From a virus (Duplodnaviria > Caudoviricetes): a stretch of 64,000 bases of DNA. A program made the translations under genes and the position numbers. Shown here in pieces: positions 63,343 through 64,000 of the stretch. Position 1 is the first letter of the stretch. Every line of letters begins with the position of its first letter. Location of the stretch: IMG/VR virus record IMGVR_UViG_3300013382_000004; one strand, given 5' to 3'. Below the pieces are notes generated by a model. It had not been told where the DNA came from and did not search any database. It saw only the letters and a program-made list of their open reading frames with translations.

Positions 63343-63918
63343 TTAATTAAAAACATAATATCTAAACTCTAATGTATAAGGAGAGATAAATGCTGTGTCC
63401 CAATTTAGGGTGTCTAAATTTGTTGTGGTAACTTTACCATCATGAAAAATTATTTCTATTTTATGGTCATATACAACAATGCTTGCGTTTCCTAAAAGTA
63501 CAGATTTATCTTCAAAATTAAAATATACAGTTGGTTGTTTATTATTATAGTTAACAACCATTTGAGAAATATAACTTCCTTTGTCAGTAGCAAAGAACCG
63601 CCCTATATCTGATTGTGTATATGTATTACGAGGAGTCATTGGACTGCCTTTAGCCCGATAAAAAGACCACGCCCAAATTGTGTCTGGATTAAAATCGTAA
63701 AATATATTGTCAAAAATCACAGAAGTAGAGGTTGATGATGTATTAGTATATTTCACAAAAGTAGAGCCAGTAGGTTTTTTTGTAGAAACTGATACTGTTT
63801 TCATTCCATCATAACCAGTAGTAGGGCTAATTATAGCAGATTGTCCCCATTCAAGTTCAATAGACCTTTGCTCTTGCAAATTAGCACTTCCACCTGAATT
63901 TAGTACAGAGACACTCAA
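63343..63918 (-). CDS. Tail-fibre-like cassette j (in-frame ATG at 63951 with GGGGGT SD is possible)
   Basis: TTG-SVSV, GGSANLQ, TGYDGMKTVSV. Confidence 0.7.
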   Translation of the reverse strand: MSVSVLNSGGSANLQEQRSIELEWGQSAIISPTTGYDGMKTVSVSTKKPTGSTFVKYTNTSSTSTSVIFDNIFYDFNPDTIWAWSFYRAKGSPMTPRNTYTQSDIGRFFATDKGSYISQMVVNYNNKQPTVYFNFEDKSVLLGNASIVVYDHKIEIIFHDGKVTTTNLDTLNWDTAFISPYTLEFRYYVFN

Positions 63919-64000
63919 AATTTTGGGCGTTTTCCTGCAACGAAAACGCATCTATTTACCCCCAATCATGCCCTATTTCTGCAAGATTTCTTGCATAATA

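Larger units (their letters stand above)
55913..63941. repeat. Ten dispersed copies of GTTGY-N7-YGCC, putative recombination sites
   Basis: + strand starts at 55913, 56471, 57168, 57748. - strand starts at 60811, 61381, 62077, 62744, 63343, 63941. Confidence 0.75.

Noticed and set aside
55913-63941. Cassette motif as a sigma54 promoter or CRISPR repeat
   Set aside because: GG-to-GC spacing on the reverse strand is 9 nt rather than 10. The copies are degenerate and separated by whole genes.
1-64000. tRNA genes (suppressor tRNA-CUA, tRNA-CCG) and terminase
   Set aside because: No cloverleaf or terminase motif was recognised by eye. They may lie outside the window.

Overview
This window is about 64 kb of a large, AT-rich tailed phage genome, probably infecting Bacillota/Clostridia, with SPbeta/c-st-like gene order. 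Almost all genes are on the minus strand. Read from right to left: tail-fibre-like cassettes, holin, endolysin, serine recombinase, portal, prohead protease/scaffold, major capsid, neck and tail genes, a beta-CASP RNase/ClpP/phosphoesterase block, RecU, tyrosine recombinase, a ~4300-aa tape measure protein, distal tail genes, SSB, Sak4-like ATPase and DnaB-like helicase. The ORF track looks fragmented because the genome does not use the standard code. TAG is read as Gln (code 15-like), and the intact genes I rebuilt end in TAA or TGA. In addition, the sense codon CGG repeatedly sits at conserved glycine positions, both in known motifs and between paralogues inside the window. This points to a second reassignment, CGG Arg->Gly, that I do not recognise as described. 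Core genes are interrupted by five group I introns and one RT-less group II intron that carries an endonuclease ORF. The right end has a serine recombinase near an array of nine paralogous tail-fibre-like cassettes in two convergent orientations. Each cassette is preceded by a conserved GTTGY-N7-YGCC site, suggesting a shufflon or integron-like system. The array surrounds a DUF6273-like gene with a DGR-type variable region and a truncated avd. All product calls come from motifs recognised by eye; no database search was run.
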